Positions 34,115-48,948 are shown, counted from the first letter of the stretch. The stretch: DNA of 64,000 bases from Takakia lepidozioides (GCA_030704615.1 CM060731.1:62868001-62932000), one strand, 5' to 3'. Translations and numbers: made by a program. The notes: a model not told the origin generated them from the letters alone.

Positions 34115-36726
34115 GTGTCGTGAAGGATGGGAAACCCCCCCCCAAAAACTCTCCGTCATTCTGATGTTTCAATCAATAAAAGACTTGTTTAAGCCTGTAA
34201 CTTTTCACCTGGAGCCCAGTAAAATGCAAGTGCTCAAGGTTGATGCTTAGTCCTAGTAGTTGTGTGGTATGCTGCTTTCAATGTGCAGAATGGTTGCTTG
34301 ATATAGACAATCTCTGTTGTGGACCATCGTAACCAATATATGAACAAGTTTACCTACTTCATATTCCTCTAGAAGTGTGAACGTATCAATCAAGTTGATT
34401 TCACAGAGTTCACACAAACAGTTTCATATTTCTGCAAGTGTGGGGTAGGGTTCAGGGTTCAATAGTTCAAGATAATTGTAGTTTGAAGACATGTATCCGT
34501 TTGAAAGTACAATTTTCCCGTTGATTTCACCCCATTTCTACGTGGAAAGCCTGGAAGCTCAGAGGAGCTGGCCAATTTCACCCCATTTCTAGATCTCTTA
34601 TCCCTTTGATTGCACAGCAGTCCTCTAAGGTCACATGCATGAAGCATCTGTTCTTGCTAGGGACGCCTAGACAGGGGACGGTATGCAGATAGCCTGGAAG
34701 AGCTGGCGGATGGAGTTTCCAATAGACTTGGAGATGACACCAGATGGAGAGGCCTTATCAGGATAATGCAATGCTCAATATTCTTCAATTGCGGATGCGT
34801 GCAGCAGACAGAGGTTTGGTAAAATGGTTTGTTGTCTCATCTGAAGATTCAAAGTGTGCAAGTATATTGGAACTACCATAGTCAAAAGGATGCTACAACG
34901 TGCTAGATGTGTGATGGGTTCCCTGGCATGAAGGTAGTCTTGAAATAAGAAATGGCCCTGGTTCATCACACTGGGTATCAGAACTATATTTTCAGAAGCT
35001 GAGAGTCCATTGACAAGCTACATAGTCAGGAAATGCCTATGGAAAAAATGTTTGTGTGAAGGGGATGTTTTCTAATTTCAACCTGTTTGCAATGAGCATC
35101 ATCAAAGCCAATGATGGTGTCCACTAGATTTACATTTAGCTCTTGTGACTGGGCCTACCTGTGTCAGCTTTCAGATCCAAAGGGAAGGGTGTGCTGCCCA
35201 AATGTGGAGGGTAACATCCTGACAACTGTTGGCCGCACAGCACCACTTACAATCACTCACAACAGATCTACTGGTAAACCACATCAAGAGACAACACACA
35301 ATAACGAGGAGTAAGACAAAATGCTGCAGGTTTGAAGTTTGAACGTCATTGCGTTTGGGCCAGTCAATGCACAAATCTATGAAGTGCAGGGAACAGTCAA
35401 TGCCAAATCCCTACAGTCACATAAAAGCCAGACAGGACAACTCCTTGGGAGTCAAAATAGAGTTGTCCCACAAATCTCTTCCACTGCTGATAAGGGGGGA
35501 AACACAACACACCCAGTCTGGTACTAGTTTTCTTTGTTTGGGGGGTAAAAACGGACGGAGCCCAAATATGTACCTGTATTCATTGCTTCCAATCCGCAGT
35601 TCGGATCATACTGAAGAAGGGCTTAGCGGCATATATAGCAAACTAGTAGGAGAGAGAGTCAACACTATATTACCCTAGTCCCAAATTGCCTTTGTCTGAG
35701 GGGAAAGGTCAATTGGGCTAATTAAAATCATCTGGAGCAAACCAACACGATGTCACAGATGATCGCCCTCACACAACCATACTCGCCTAGTTGTCAGGAA
35801 TCGAATCTCGTACCTTGCTTCAACCCGAATTGAACTTGATCAGTTTTCGGGAAGATCCGAGAATCAGGATTGTAGTTGTCCCAAACATTTGAACCAACGT
35901 GATCCCCCTGTTTTCCAACGCAGCCAACTTGTTCACACCCGTAGAGAGCAAAGGGAGCTCTGCAGAGACTCTTCGGACTCCACTACGATAGCTGAATGAA
36001 GGACGCAATTCTCACCTGCAAGAAGCCAAGCTTTAGAGCAATACGACTGCTTAAGATTAGATCGCTCACCTTGCACCACCCATCCAAGCGATGGCGACCA
36101 AAGAGAATTGTTTGAAAGAGGAGAGATTTCTGTGACAGACGCGTGGAGAAGGACAGTGGCCCACCTGCCACGCGCCCGATTGTAACTTGCTCTCCGAGTA
36201 TTTGTTGTATGTTGTCTACTGCAAGCACTGGTGTGTGTCTGCCACGTAGCATGACAGTGTGACAGGAAGGGCGTGGGAGCTGCACCAGGACTTGGAGGGG
36301 GTGAGGAACAAGAGCGGAGCGAGAGAGTGAGTGGAAGTGTGGAGGTTGATTGGAGATAGAGAGGGTGTGGGAAGATCTGACTGAAACATTCCGATCTCTG
36401 GATACCCAAGAGTTAGAGAGTCTAGGAAGGCCTTAAGCGACAGTCGTGCTGCCTGGAACAGAGGTTTAATACAGTGTAATTGGAAGAAGAGGAGGAAGAA
36501 GCTGGTGAGCCGACGAGTCGAGGTAAACTGATGCAATCGGCAGTTGATAATCAGCCGTGCAGAGATCCAGAATTGTGACGGTAGAGACGAGGGGAAGAAG
36601 TACATAAAGAAGTAGACAGACAGCTGGATCCGTGCTGCTGGGAGGAAAGATTTTAGCCGCGGAGCAGAAGGGAGGCATTTAGCGAGCATCGAAGAGTAGC
36701 CGAAGGAAGTTTCAGAGAGAAGATTG

Positions 36727-39054
36727 ATGGCCGATTTGCAGGGGAATAGTGAGAAGGAAACTCCGACAGTTATAACCGGTGCTGATAGCTTCGGTGCCCC
36801 ACTCAAAGATTTGTTGGTGGAGTACCTGAAAGAGAAGAATGTCAAAGTGATTGATGTAGGAGTGGACAAGTATTACAGTGTTGCTGTGGAGGTTGCTACC
36901 AGGCTGGCTGCAGAGAAGAAAGAATCACCTCAAGGGCCTTTCTCAAGAGGTCTTTTGGTGTGTGGAACTGGTGTTGGTGTCAGCATCTTTGCTAACAAGT
37001 TTGGCGGTGTGTATGCGGCTCCTTGCAACACGGTTGAAGAGGCGAAGAATGCACGATCCTTCAACAATACGAATGTTCTCACTCTCGGAGGCAAGGTCAG
37101 AAATACATTACCACGGTCGCTGAACACTGGGATTGTAAGCTCTATTTGATCAGTGCAGGTACGCTGAAGGAAGCATGACTATTAGCAAATGTCATGCATC
37201 TTCACAGGAACCTAAAATTAGCTCATGTCTATCTAGTATCCAAATATGACTTTGATATCTGGTCGATGCTGGCAGATTATATCTCCGGAGGAAGGAAAGA
37301 GGGTACTGGATACCTGGCTTGAAACGGCATTCAAGGCTCCCTGCCCAGCAAGCGACGGATGTCCCTGGAATGAGGATATCGAAAAGTTCCTAGATACCTC
37401 GATTGAGGAGATGGAGAGAATATCCCAGGCAGCACTAGACAATGGGGGCCCTCTGCAAAAAGAAGGGGTTTCGACCAAAAACTCCAACAGTGGCAGCACA
37501 CCAATGGTTGTTTCAATTGTTGAGGAAACCTTTGATGATGTTACTTCGTCTCCATACGCTCTCCTACAGCACATACTTGAATCCACAGGTTTTTCTGAAG
37601 ACTCTCCAATTCAGACAGATGGGGAAAACTCTGGTAATGTCCTCCCTTGTGGATCTCTTAGCTATATTTTGGGATTACATATATAGTCTAACACACATTC
37701 CAACACCTTATGACTGTGTGTGCATCCTGTGCCCAGTCTCTCTGATCCTCGCTTGCTGTGTGGCCTCCTGTTGGGGTCTAATTGCTTGGCAGCTGACACA
37801 CAGCAGATTGATGCTTGTGTGAAGGGCTTTCTAGAGGGAGATCTGGAAAGCATGAACCATTTGTTTATAGGAAGGTAAGTCCCACTACTGGAATGAGCTG
37901 CTCACAAAGGTAGTGTCTGTTCCCCCTTGTTCTGCCCAAACTGGGTGCGGGGTCTATGCCCACAAGGCTACAGCAAACAACATCTCATGACTACACTCTT
38001 TCTGCGTGGCCTCTCTGGTCCCTATGGTGCAGTGGACAGTGCTCATCTAGTCAAGGACTCCATTTTACCTCATTACAGTGCAGTGCAAGCACAGTAGGCA
38101 CATTGGTAATATAGGGGTACGCAATCATGGACCTGGAATCGCCACTCTGCTTTCTAGTATGGTGTCACTGCTAGCCCTTAAGTCACCCTCATATTATTGT
38201 CTGCGGCCTGAGTGTACAGCAATTTCGGCTAAAATTTCATATCCTTGTGGGTCAAAACCCTACCCTGCTTCCAGGAAGGTTATTATCCTGCAGCCACATC
38301 TTGTCAAGGGTTTGTCACATGGAACAGTCAGTGACTGCATCTAGTCTTTCTTGTGATCCTCAAGTAGTAATTGTGTTTTGAGGCGAGCAAAATAATTCCC
38401 AAATCTTAAAAGTTCAGTGTCCGATGCATGAAAACCCTTGGCCAGGCATGGTAGGTTGATCAGGGGTATGGTTGTGATCCGACTTCAACTGGTGCTTTTA
38501 TCCTCGTGCTCAATTGTGCAGCAATGGAGCCCAATGGAAGAGCGGGCATAGGGCCAGGTCTGGTGCCCATTCATGCGCCGTTGTCCCAGCCGTCCATAGT
38601 TGCCACCGCTAGCGATATTCCTGATCTCAAACCTGCTGATCCTTCCAAAGTTGAAGAAGAAAAGAGCGGGCCAACACATACCTGTGCAATATGTGCACTT
38701 GCAAGTGGCAGGCAATTCGAAGATGTAGACATAATGCCGGGTGGATCCTGGACAATTGTGAGGGAAGATCCAACTTCTGCTGTGGTGAGATTTAAAGCGG
38801 GAAGCCTGGAGCCTGCACACCATCATACATTTGGGCATGATCTTATTGTCATTTACGGGAGTAAAACCGTTTGGAATCTTACCACCAAGGAGATCTTCAA
38901 CCTCACTGCTGGCGACTTCTTGTATACTCCAGCCGGTGATGTACACCGTGTACAATATCACACAGATACAGAGTTTTTCATACGGTGGGACGGTCACTGG
39001 GACATTTTGTTGGATGAAGATATTGAGGCAGCCAAGGAAGCTGTAAGGAAGTGA
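36727..39054 (+). CDS. DRT102: DNA-damage-repair/toleration protein DRT102 (RpiB/LacAB domain plus C-terminal cupin), 3 exons
   Basis: Exons 36727-37095, 37276-~37632 and 38522-39054. RpiB motifs ITGADSFG, RGLLVCGTGVGVSIFANK and ARSFNNTNVL; cupin motifs RFKAGSLEPAHHHTFGHDL and TPAGDVHRV. The exon 2 donor could alternatively be at 37588. Confidence 0.9.
37760..37994 (+). mobile_element. 5'-truncated copy of the intronic LINE family in DRT102 intron 2
   Basis: acacagcagattgatgcttgtgtgaaggg.tttctagagg and cccaaactgggtgcggggtctatgcccacaaggctacagcaaacaac match the reverse complement of 7577-7775. Confidence 0.85.
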
Positions 39055-39948
39055 AGAAGACGGAGGATTATAGCAAGGACAGGATCAATGGATCAGGAAC
39101 CAGATGGTATCCACATCAATAAAAATCAGTTATTACACAAGAGAGTAATGAGCTGTTAATCATGGGTTTGCGTCACGGCAGTTTATCATAAGAGAGGCAG
39201 TTTGCAACTGCCTGAGTAAGTGTAAAATTGTATCTTAGCCTACAGTGTGTACACCCTTGACCATGTGAAGAGTTTGAACACATTTGTACATAGTGCGTTT
39301 TGGGACCATGAAAAGAATTTCATAATACATACCAAATCTAGAAACCAAACATATTTGATGTTAGCTTGAGAAGTTGCTTGAAGACAAATTATATTTATAG
39401 ATGGAAAGGGTCACACAATGCGAGCAAATGATAATTGCACAACAAGCTCAAGGAAAACAGAGTCAGAGAGGGTTTTGACATCAATCAAGAAAACAACCAT
39501 TTGCGAGGGAGTAAAATGCAGGGGGGGAAAGTCCCAAAAGAATCTGACAGACTTTCAAAAGCCTTCACATGATGAACAACTGTCATGTGTGAAATTACAC
39601 ACCATACAAGCTAGAAACGAATATCCTACAACTATACAGCTTCACACTATGTCAGACAATTGACACTCAGGTTGAAAACTACCTGCGTAGTATACCACCA
39701 CTAGACTGGAGTATGTAGTGACATGTTCGATGCATTTGAGCGGGCAGCCCAGTGGTTGGGTGTTTGTGCCTTGCCGGATGGTAGAGGCTACAAGCAGTGT
39801 ACATTGGATCCTTGATAGGCCGTGGGTAGAGATGAATAGTTGGATGATATACAAACTTAATCTTTATCTTCAATACAGTGTAGTAGTTATATAGTTGACA
39901 CTCAACCTTGGAACGAAGTTGCAAATTTCTAAAAGCATTATTATATGT

Positions 39949-42226
39949 TCAAATACCCATTAAGGCCTGCAAATGTTTGTCCCAATACTCTTTTGCTTCT
40001 TGCAGCTGCTCCTTGCGCTCCTTTAACAACCGCTCTTCCCAATAATCCTTGCATCTGTTCCAGACACAAAGGAACAAAAAATTCCCTGGATCAGAGATTC
40101 AACACCACGCGAAAATTCTGAGTGCCATGTGAGTAAATATGGCAAGAATAAGTCGAGATGGCTCCCGTCAAATAGTTCCCCTCCATTATAGATCACAAAA
40201 AGGGATTCAAGAACCCTAAAACCCTTTCCCAGAACCACATAATTACCTGTTACTGATCAGAACGGCCAGCTCCTTCAAGCGAATGGCATCAGCATACATT
40301 CCAGCCTGCCCACCCAGCATGCATCTCATACTTAGCATCATCTGGCCTGAGAAAGAACTGTCCTTCCTCTTCACAATTGGTGCTCAACCTTGGATTTGTA
40401 ACAGAATCAATCCCTACTTCACTACTCAAAGGTAATCAAAGTTCTTAAAGAATGACATCCTGTAGAAACTTCGAGACATCTAGTGTCAGAGGAGTAAAAG
40501 CACTCCAAGCATGGAGGGTACATTCCAGCATGATCAGGAGACTAGGCTCGGCAGCATAATGGAGTAAATTGAAAGGTACACCTCACCTGTCGACACAAGG
40601 GACACTTGGAGCTGTACAGGGCAGCTTTCGGGCCTTCGAATGCTGGCACCGAAGCAGCTAAGCAAACACAACTATTGCAAAAAACATGGCCACATGCCAA
40701 GGCCGTGGGGACAAACACCATCTCCTGCAAGAAAATGAGGCATACACGATTTAACACAAAACAACACCACATGTGCATAACAATCACCACCTCCAACTCT
40801 TTTACCTCTGCTCTAGTCTCAATCCCAGTGCTTAGAATAGATAAGGAAGTTGATGTTCCCTACAAACTCAAGACTCTATAAATAATAGGTAATATCACCC
40901 ATCGTGAGCATGGATGTGGCAGGTGGAGGAGGCACTAACGAGGCAGATAGGGCAGGTAAGGTCAAAGTCCAGATTTGCTGAATCCAGCACGGTGCAAGAG
41001 AGGGTGGGCTTAGCACCCTCCAAGTTACAGGAGAATTCTCCAAAGCCCTCAGGCACCTTGCACAAAGCTGCCTTGGCATCGGCAAGGTTAAGGTGGAGAG
41101 CTGTCAGCTCAATGAGCCATGGGGACTGCAACAGCGCTCCGCGCATGGCCAGCAACCGGCCCCTGAACACACCCCCTTCTTTTGACCTGTGCACCTACAC
41201 ATACAATCCTTTACAGAAATGCTTGCAATTTACTATCCAACATTTGCACAATTAAAATATGGCCTCTGTTTTGAAACATCCCTTAAAGAGGTCTTGAATG
41301 CATACCAGATCAATCAAAGGGACGTTTTGCACATACAAGTAAAAAGGTAAGATACATACCGTGTGGTTGTACATAGACTCATCTGAAACTATGCAGGTTG
41401 CAAAGCACACAACAGTAGTAACAAGATTTATCATCTCGAGAACTAGGAAAATTCAAGCTAGATTCTGGAACCGTGAGCGTACCTTGTCGTACTTCTTCAA
41501 AATTTTGCGAACAGCAATGGCATTCATCGAAGCATAGCTCACCAGGGTCTGACCTTCCTGGATCATGCCTATCTCATTGGGCACTCTCCACTTGAGCCGC
41601 AACAGGTGTTTTCGAAACCCTGAAGCCAGGTGCAGCTGTAACAATCGTTGCGCCCGGGTATTAAAGCATCCCACTACTGCGGCCAGCTCCTCCATAAGAA
41701 CTCCAAAAAAGTTGCCATCGCATACTGCGTTCCACGCCTTGTGCTGTCAGTTCCGTCTCAAAATTCTGATGCACAGTGGTATCCCGCTGCAACAATAGGC
41801 ATTTGTTTCTCGACTTTACAATTCTCAGTTCGTCCCTTGGTTGTTGTTTATAGTTCACATGTCCTTGTTATAACAGAATCAGAACTGTAGACAGCGGATC
41901 AGAAAGGTGATAGGGTTACAAAGACAAGCAAAGTAGGCGTGCGGACTAGTACCAGTGCAAGATGCGGAACGTTCGGTTGGAGCCAACGCCAGGGATTCAT
42001 TCTTCTGCGAATTTCTGACGCCCAGCGAATTTGGAAAGGTACATGCGGAGGTTGGAGAGGAGACCACAGAGCACGACGCGGTGGAAACGGCGGAGTCGAA
42101 CGGGTAATGAAGCGGGCATCTTTTCAGAAGTTTCTTCAAACGTTTGAATTCAACGTATGAGCATCCTGGAAGGTGGCTCTGTCCCTCTCTCTCAATGTAC
42201 TCCGAGTACTTTTTCCCAAATTTCAT
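39949..42226 (-). CDS. NLA: SPX-RING E3 ubiquitin ligase (NLA/BAH1 family), 6 exons
   Basis: Approximate exons 42226-41952, 41723-41482, 41194-40939, 40723-40587, 40306-40247 and 40054-39949. SPX motifs MKFGKKY, FKRLKKLLK and [14 protein letters not shown]; RING CPICL...ACGHVFCNSC...CPLCR; TGA at 39951-39949. Confidence 0.93.
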
Positions 42227-45200
42227 TTCTCCTCTATATTTCTGCAGGATCGCATGACCAACTCTCGGTGCTGTAAGCCTTGTGCCTTACCTTCCAAACC
42301 GTAGCCGACTAAAAGGTGATATGGACTCAATCTTCCCCGAACCAGCGCAATAACATCTAAAAAGATGATAAGAGAAAATACACAGTGCGCGATCAGGACA
42401 GCATATCAGACAACGATAGCAACCAGAATTTCTTGTTTCTTGAACACAGATTGAAGATCTGCACACACACCGAAACACACAACAAGCCCTAGATCGCAGT
42501 TCAAGCTGGAGTTGAGCAGGTTGATATCAAGAACGTCCCCCTGAGCCTCAATTGTATCGCGATCCAACGAGGCCGAGCTCAAGACAGGAATTGACGAAGA
42601 GTCTGAATCCGTGGCACCGCAATTGTGAGCAGCACGCATCGCTGAGATAGCGAAGCAGACTGGCCGGGTAATACACCGACCGGGCGGCGAGGTTTGTCGT
42701 CCATACTAGGCGGATTTCATCTAACCCCTTGCGCTTATCTGTCCATCTGATGGATGAACAAGGCTCATTCATCCGGTGGATAGTGGCGAGACTCTCCACT
42801 TGTAGGGCCCCAAACCTGGCTGTCATTGGCCGACTAGATACCTGCTGCGTAAGACGACACATGTCAACAGTTGGAACCGTCCGATCAAAGATTCTGAGCC
42901 ACATCCAGGTCATCCCTTCTGTTCATCCATGTGTGCGTCCACGGTGAAAGTGACGTTCATCCATGCATGGTTGATATGTTCTGAGTTTTGCATGCTGCAG
43001 TGAATTATAGCAGTGCACATTGAAAGAATTTGAGATAAAAATATATTCCAAGTATTTTTTCCTTTTTTCCTCAAAGGGGACAGCCCCAAGTAGATCTCCT
43101 GGTGTCTTATGTATAAGGGAAGGCCCGGAGGATGGGGTTCCTGGATTTAAGGCCACTAAGTCGAGGGCGGTACATAGCCCGAGGCCTTGCCCGAAAATCC
43201 AGTAACCCCCGACCCGATAGGCCTTCCCCTGCATAAAGCACGTGAAGATTTTGCGGTGCATTCCACCGGTGCTCCCGCATTTCAGGCGGTCCACCGGTGC
43301 GTATTGCCCTCCCTCGTCAACCGGGCTATTCTGCTCTGGGAGGAGCAGATATTAACAAACATAAATCTTTTGGAGTGCTTTATGGCTAATATGATAGGGG
43401 GGGGAAAGGGTTGGCCTGAGTTGTCACTGTTAGGTATATGTCCCTCCCAAGTGTCCTTAAAATAATAGAATAATAAAATAAAGAGTTTGATGATTGGGCT
43501 TGCCCTAATTAGGTTTGGTACATCACCGGGCCCAACTATGCTAGATAGCGTACAAATAAAACCTCTTCAACTTATTATCTTTGTTAGCACGAGGAGGCAT
43601 GTGAGTGTGAACTCACTCCACCGTACACACACACAACATGTGGGTTACATATTGCAAGTTCTTACAATTTGTATACGTCACAAGGAAGGGTAATGTAATA
43701 CCAACCAGGTTGCAATCATGTCTCAATCTTTAGACACATCACATCGGCCGCATGTATAAGGTGACTTATATTGTTGGGATTGAACTGATCTAAATAGAAG
43801 TATTGAACCACCAATTGGTAGCTCATATGTATACGACATTTAAGAGTGCAAATTTTGGGCTATACGTGATCTGCAGTGATCCTGAATTGTGACCAATTAT
43901 TGTGATTAGTTGTTCATAGACTTTCTTTTGAGAAAATAGAACTCTTCTAAGATAAACTTGCTTGCAATGCCAAAAGAACTATCTAATGTAGTGAGAGCGA
44001 CATAATGTAGAGGCAAAAGACATCGACTCCAACTTCATCCTAAATTATTGAAAACAACAAATTACACCAAGTCTAGCTTCACATACACGTACACCACTAT
44101 ATAATAGCCCGAAAACCTTGCTTGTGCACTACAGCTAAAAGATCACTTCGAGGGCCAAGCCCTCGGTACAGGGAAGGTCACTTAACAATTGCAGAGTAGT
44201 CGGTAAGGTGGAGCCGAATCCTATCCATAGGCGGTAGGAAAAGTTGAGATGTACTTACTATAGTCCCAAACATGAAACTACAAATACGGTGATTTAGAGG
44301 TCTTCATACAAGCATGAGCGACACAAAGATCATAAAAGAAGCGAGACCAATTTGCAAGTTGATTAGGCTTCAGCTACCACTATATGCAAATCGATCATAC
44401 ACAATGGTGACACACATTTTGTGACTTACAATAATTCAAGCGGGCTACGTTGAGTGCCAGAATGTACACTCTCATGTAAGAAAATATGATACGATGTAGA
44501 ATATATATGTAAGTCCTTCAACAATCTTCCACTCCACTCCAACATTAGACACAAAATCTTATTGTATCGTTTTGACGTTGCAATGGGGCTTATAAAGTTG
44601 TATCATAGGATGGATCACTCCAAAAAATAAATCACAAATAGTAACTGGTTGTAGAACTCTCAGTTTCCCATGTTCCTAAAAATCTCATCAGCAACCATGC
44701 TTCATGACAATTTCATCAACAGAGAATTGCGTCATTTTATCATTTTTTTTTACAATATTGAACATCAATGCAATTTGTGAGGTAATCCATGATGTTAACA
44801 ATTCAACTGTTATCCTAAGCAGGTCGAAGGTGAGGAAGACGTTGAGAGCCTACCTGAAGAAGAAATTGGAGGATGAGTACCGAGACTTAAGAATGACATT
44901 TGATTTATTGGATTGCTATAGTTTAGTTAAAGTTCTCATCTAGAGAATATGAATCAGAGAAAGTACTCTGTGAATCGAGTGATTTTGTGATAGAGGTGAA
45001 GACTCATCTTCGTCGGCTATCTAATGCAAAAGAAGATGGGGATGAGAAGGGGCAGAATGTCGCACAAAGGCATCTCGACATAGTCAAGCGAGTGTTGGAG
45101 ACAGTGGTGGGTGAGGTGAACAAGGGGTCTTTGTCTGCAAAATGGTTTTTTGCTGTCGTACGCGCTTATATCAAGACGAACCACAACGTGCATGATCCGT

Positions 45201-47994
45201 TTGACCATGACCAACTGCTGCAAGTCTGTCAACGAGTCAAACGTGACAAATTCCAGCTCAGGCAACGGGATATTTGGGTTGTAAAATTTGTAGAAGATAT
45301 TCTTGAAAGCAGATGAGACAACTTCCAAGAACACACTAAGCATAAGGTAAGTGTTCACCTATTCCTTCCTTGTGCCTTCAGCTTGAATTATCAAGCAAGG
45401 ATCCCACCTCAATGCTTATTCAAACCTATGAGGGACAACAACCTATTAATGAAAATGTCCCTCTGCAATCGCAGAAGCATATTTAAAAATATGGTGACCC
45501 AATACTGATTGACAATTACCTCACCATTTTCAATCGGTGGGAATTTACTTGAGCAGGCAACCAGGAATTGTGCAGAAATCTCTGGGGCACAGTATTCCTT
45601 AGCAACCTCCAAAACCTCGGGAAATTTTGGTATCATTATTGGATCCATCACAACATGAACCTTTTGAGTAAGGTCTGTCTCCAATAAACCTTGCAGACGG
45701 TTTTGATCAAACGCATTGTGTTTATTCTCAAATGACGATAACAAAACTTCAGCCACTTTTCTGTCATTCACTACTACTGCTGGTTTTATTGATAGTGGGC
45801 ATGAAAGCACAATCAGTAACTAAGGGTTATGAAGAATCTCTAGAAGTCTAGGGCAGGAGTATGTCACAGAAGTTCTTGGCTCCTAGGAAAGCAAGAAGCA
45901 CCGATGCGATGAACCTAAGATTGATGCTAGATGCAGTGGAGTGCACATACTCCCAAAATTACAAAAGAGTCTCCCTCTGCATACACATCGGTCACTAAGT
46001 GATTGGTGTCGGGCGGACATAATGGCCAACCAATCCAAAAAATGGACAGTGGCAGACTTCATGGCAACCTCTTTCACAATGTTATCCTCTTATATCCCCG
46101 CGGGCGTGTGATAATTATGAAATGAGAATGGATGGTTTGTCGTCTTGTCATAGCACTGCATCGCAGTAGAAACAACATCATAATGTCAAATGCTACTAGA
46201 TTTTTATGTTTAGTGTAAAGTACAAACACACAAGGCTCATATGCAAGTGAATGTATTTTCATTGTTTTTTTTGTGCCAATTATATGCAAGCCAAGGCCCA
46301 TTGTGCGAAACGACCGTGTAATTCCCTAGAAGTCTCAAACGTCTTTAAAGGCATTGAATGATTAGTCTCTACGATAAAATAGGTTTCATGCAAATAGTGA
46401 CAATAAATTCTTCATTCTGAAGATGACTACCAAACCATCTTTATCTATGATATAATAATTTCCCTCATGCAATTTCTCTCTAAGACAAATGCATACGCCA
46501 CAACATGTTGTGCCACATCATTTGCTTATAAACTCACAATTTTAGTTAGCAACAAGAGGTTGCACTAAGCACTCAGACAACAAAGGCTCATGGCCCCAGT
46601 ACCAATACTCAAATGGTGAATCCTACAGTGGCCAGCAGCAGCATCTCTCAACTAGTGGAAGTTTCAGACTCTGTGAATCGGGCAGAAGACAGGGGCAAGA
46701 AAATCACAGAAGTGCCTTTTGAGGCAGTACCACGAATCATTCCTGCACCCACGAGGCTTGAGAAGGGAGCGGAGATCTTGGGGGACTTCTAGAAAGTTCT
46801 CGCCCCACCACAGACTCTGTTTCATTACTACATCTCTTCATGTATTATCTTCCCTTACGAGCTGGTTTGCCTACATTTGAATTAGGCCAACTGATTTTTA
46901 TGACGAGAGATGTAATTGTTAAAGGAGGAAAAGCACAAACTACAAAGATTGGAGAGATTGTGGGATAGACTTACTCCTACCTCAAGACCAACATGCTTCT
47001 CCAGAGGAGTAGCCTCCTAGGGGAGCACGCCATAAGTTAGACTTCGAGGTTGATGGGGACAAACACCCTCAGGATACTTGGCGGACGTACATCCATGACC
47101 ATTGTGTAGAAATCCTCGAAGTGTTCGGCGTTAGGGGCACGGTCAAACTATTAAGTATATCAGGAGAATATCTTCATTCATGTGCACGCTCTTTCATACC
47201 GCATGATATGGTGAAAGCAATCTACTCCGGGTTGTTTGATGGTATATATTCATGGAAGGTGCTATTTAAATTTGTGCATAAAGGACAATCTGCCAAAGAC
47301 CTGACAATCTCACTCTCGTCAGATTCCTAAATCGGGTGCCGATGTTAGACTGCCACAAGGCCACCAAGTCCATCTCCAAGATGGTTGCATGGCGAGTATT
47401 GTTCATTAAGATCTATCTTCTGACTAATATTTACCTTAATAACTTCTGTTTTGTGATAATTTAAGCATAAAAAACAAGTTTTGTAGTAATGTATTTTTTG
47501 GCTCATTACAATCTATTTATGCGACTCAATTTATTTGTGCGGAATTGTGTCATAAAAATGTTCAAATGATTTATTGTTGTCTGGCCTAGTGTGGTAGTTC
47601 ATAACTATATTTTTCATTCTTTGTAACACCATTGCTACTTTTCAGCATTTGATATATGTGGTTTTATTGGGAGTGTTCGTTAATGTATATAGATGATATT
47701 AATAATTATTCCAGTAGTTTTGAACACCATCTTGTGACTTGTAAATAATATTTTGCAAACTATTAGCTCAAAGTGTACGAAATACAACCAAAAAAAAAAT
47801 TAGTATGCATGCATGGGCTCAAATCTTTGCATCATATAGTATCTGTAGCAGATTTGCAGCCTGATTTGGTTAAGCTTTAGGTGGTACGTGAATTCCTTAC
47901 TCCTAAAGACAAACATTTCACCAAATCATTCATTAATTCGGCCTCATTTTCTTGACGTTTTATCATGGACTTTGTCAGGATTGCTAGTAATTTG

Positions 47995-48280
47995 ATAATC
48001 CATTTGGACCATTTAAAAAACATTCCATCCATTTGATTTGTGTAAACTCAGTGAAACCGTGAATCCATTGTGTAGTCTTTGCCTTTAGTCTCTACCTACC
48101 TATAGATAGAGACTACCTCAAAGAGGGCAAGGCCAACAAATACTCAAGAATGGGACCATGCATATTCCTTTACACATGTCCATTCCAGACCCGTACATTT
48201 ATAGCCCCACCCATACATTTCACCATGTCCACTCCTAGACCCGTACATTTATAGCCCCACCCAACGTCATTGATTTGGAC
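47995..48280 (+). repeat. Dispersed repeat (copy 1) with an internal tandem duplication
   Basis: aacattccatccattt, cattgtgtagtc and gagggcaaggccaa.aaat.ctcaagaa.tgggacc recur at ~62720-62945. agacccgtacatttatagccccaccca occurs twice. Confidence 0.7.
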
Positions 48281-48948
48281 TAGTTATAGGGGAGACGAGA
48301 CTGGCTACGAGCTGTAGTGCCGAGACTTGGTGGCCTCAAGGGATTCTCGCTTCAGCTCATAGCTAGTCCAGCCTCCCCGACTACAGTACATAATTTAGGT
48401 TTTTGGATATGTTGCGTTGTAACATAGTGGGTCATTGCTAAGTCATCTACCTTTTCTATATATATATATTGTATTTCAGTATGCCATGCTAATGAAAACA
48501 TTTTGCAAATGCATTTTGATTGTTCAAGTCCTTAACCCTAAGCGCCCAATAGTTGATTAATGGTTTGTGGGCTGATATTGATATCATATTAGTAATCTCT
48601 TCAAGACTGTGATATTTTTCTTTTCTCATATATGGCCGGTCTTCAGCTGCGCTTAAGTGAGAGTAAACAAGATACGATGAAGGTTGTGTGGCTTGAAGAA
48701 AAGTTTAATTTCGAACACAATGACATTTTTTAAATCAATAGAATATTTGTTGGTGATTTTAGAGGAATTTTGGTAGTAAATATGTCCATCTAGGTTTCTC
48801 TTAACCTAACCTGGTTAGCCAATGGCGGGTCCAATGGAGTGATTTAGTTCCCACTGGCATTTGTTGTTGGATACACATGCTTTTTGGTTTCGAGACGTTG
48901 CGGGTGGAGATTTGCCCGGCCCTCAAATTAGCCCATTGGCTTTCCCCA

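Larger units (their letters stand above)
32502..35488 (+). repeat. Segmental duplication copy B (germin locus plus flanks)
   Basis: Colinear with 14183-17817. It starts about 90 bp after the MULE right TIR. Confidence 0.92.

Noticed and set aside
42245-42270. miR827 target site in the NLA 5' leader
   Set aside because: Only about 7 nt (atgacca) match, which is far too weak.
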